This document shows, piece after piece, positions 63,429-64,000 of a DNA stretch of 64,000 bases. The notes below the pieces were generated by a model that saw nothing but the letters and a program-made list of their open reading frames with translations, was not told the DNA's origin and searched no databases. The stretch lies in NCBI GenBank assembly GCA_038496445.1, contig JALMLS010000390.1, positions 50,653 through 114,652 on the forward strand. The letters run 5' to 3'. The stretch's first letter is position 1. Each line of letters begins with the position of its first letter. Made by a program: the position numbers and the translations under genes. The DNA is from Trichosphaerium sp. ATCC 40318. Its lineage: Eukaryota; Protista; Tubulinea.

Positions 63429-64000
63429 ATGGGCAACAGCTTTCCGAAAACCCCTTTTCACGTTAAGAGTACAGCAGCTGAGGTAACTGCATACTATAAA
63501 ACTGATTTAAAAGGGAAAACAGTTGTGATTACAGGTAAACAAACGAGTATGCCGTATATGTTCTAACCAGTACAATTAGGAGCAAATGGAGGAATTGGTT
63601 TGTAAACGTAGTACAACAAGCGCTAACTACAAGATAGGTCTGGAAACCGCCCGCGCAATGGCTCTTTGTGGCGCAACAACGGTTCTTGCGTGTCGTAATC
63701 TCCAAAAAGCTGCTGACGCCACTGAAAGCATAAAAAAGAGTCTCACAGACGCAGGAATGTCTGTAGATACTGTACTAACGAAATCTGTAAGTCTAAACTT
63801 GTTCTGGACATTTAAACTATCAAGTAACCTATGTGTAGTTGGATTTGGGATCTCTGCAGTCCGTACGCGACTTTGTTAGCGACCTAGATGTAGAAAAGAT
63901 AGACATTCTTGTATTGAACGCTGGTACACTTTCCGGCCTGATTTAACGCCTCCAGGCGTAGTATTAATATCCAGTATAGCCATTTTATATACACCAGAAA
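63429..64000 (+). CDS. Short-chain dehydrogenase/reductase, retinol dehydrogenase/WWOX-like (5' part)
   Basis: STAAE..[57 protein letters not shown]. The TGxxxGIG motif is split around an 18-nt microexon. Confidence 0.92.

Overview
This is eukaryotic nuclear DNA, not prokaryotic. It is AT-rich (roughly 35% GC by eye) and gene-dense, with many short spliceosomal introns (mostly about 40-130 nt, dominant donor GTACGT/GTAYRT) and the standard genetic code. The gene content (Rac1, G-alpha, EFHD/swiprosin, PX, SH3-PH-ankyrin, PT-repeat surface proteins) suggests a phagotrophic protist, probably amoebozoan (inference). The supplied ORF track ignores introns and uses GTG/TTG starts, so most of its ORFs are exon fragments or antisense shadows; I rebuilt about 25 gene models by hand and the coordinates are approximate. 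Best candidate for a new system: a spliced gene at 34542-36456 (-) fusing a divergent SPX phosphate-sensing domain, 4 TM helices and a prokaryotic-type thymidylate-kinase-like domain. Its motifs resemble the polyphosphate-associated 'PPK3' TMK-like family, so it may be a VTC-analogous membrane polyphosphate enzyme. Other notable points: (1) two tRNA genes nested in galactokinase introns, one with a Gln-type body but a UGG (Pro) anticodon; (2) a U12-type intron in PITP that needs a non-AG 3' end; (3) unusually many GC-AG introns; (4) roughly 6-fold excess of CACGTG, concentrated in introns; (5) an N-acylated, unprenylated Rab; (6) a group of F-box/LRR/MORN genes with a decayed LRR paralog.
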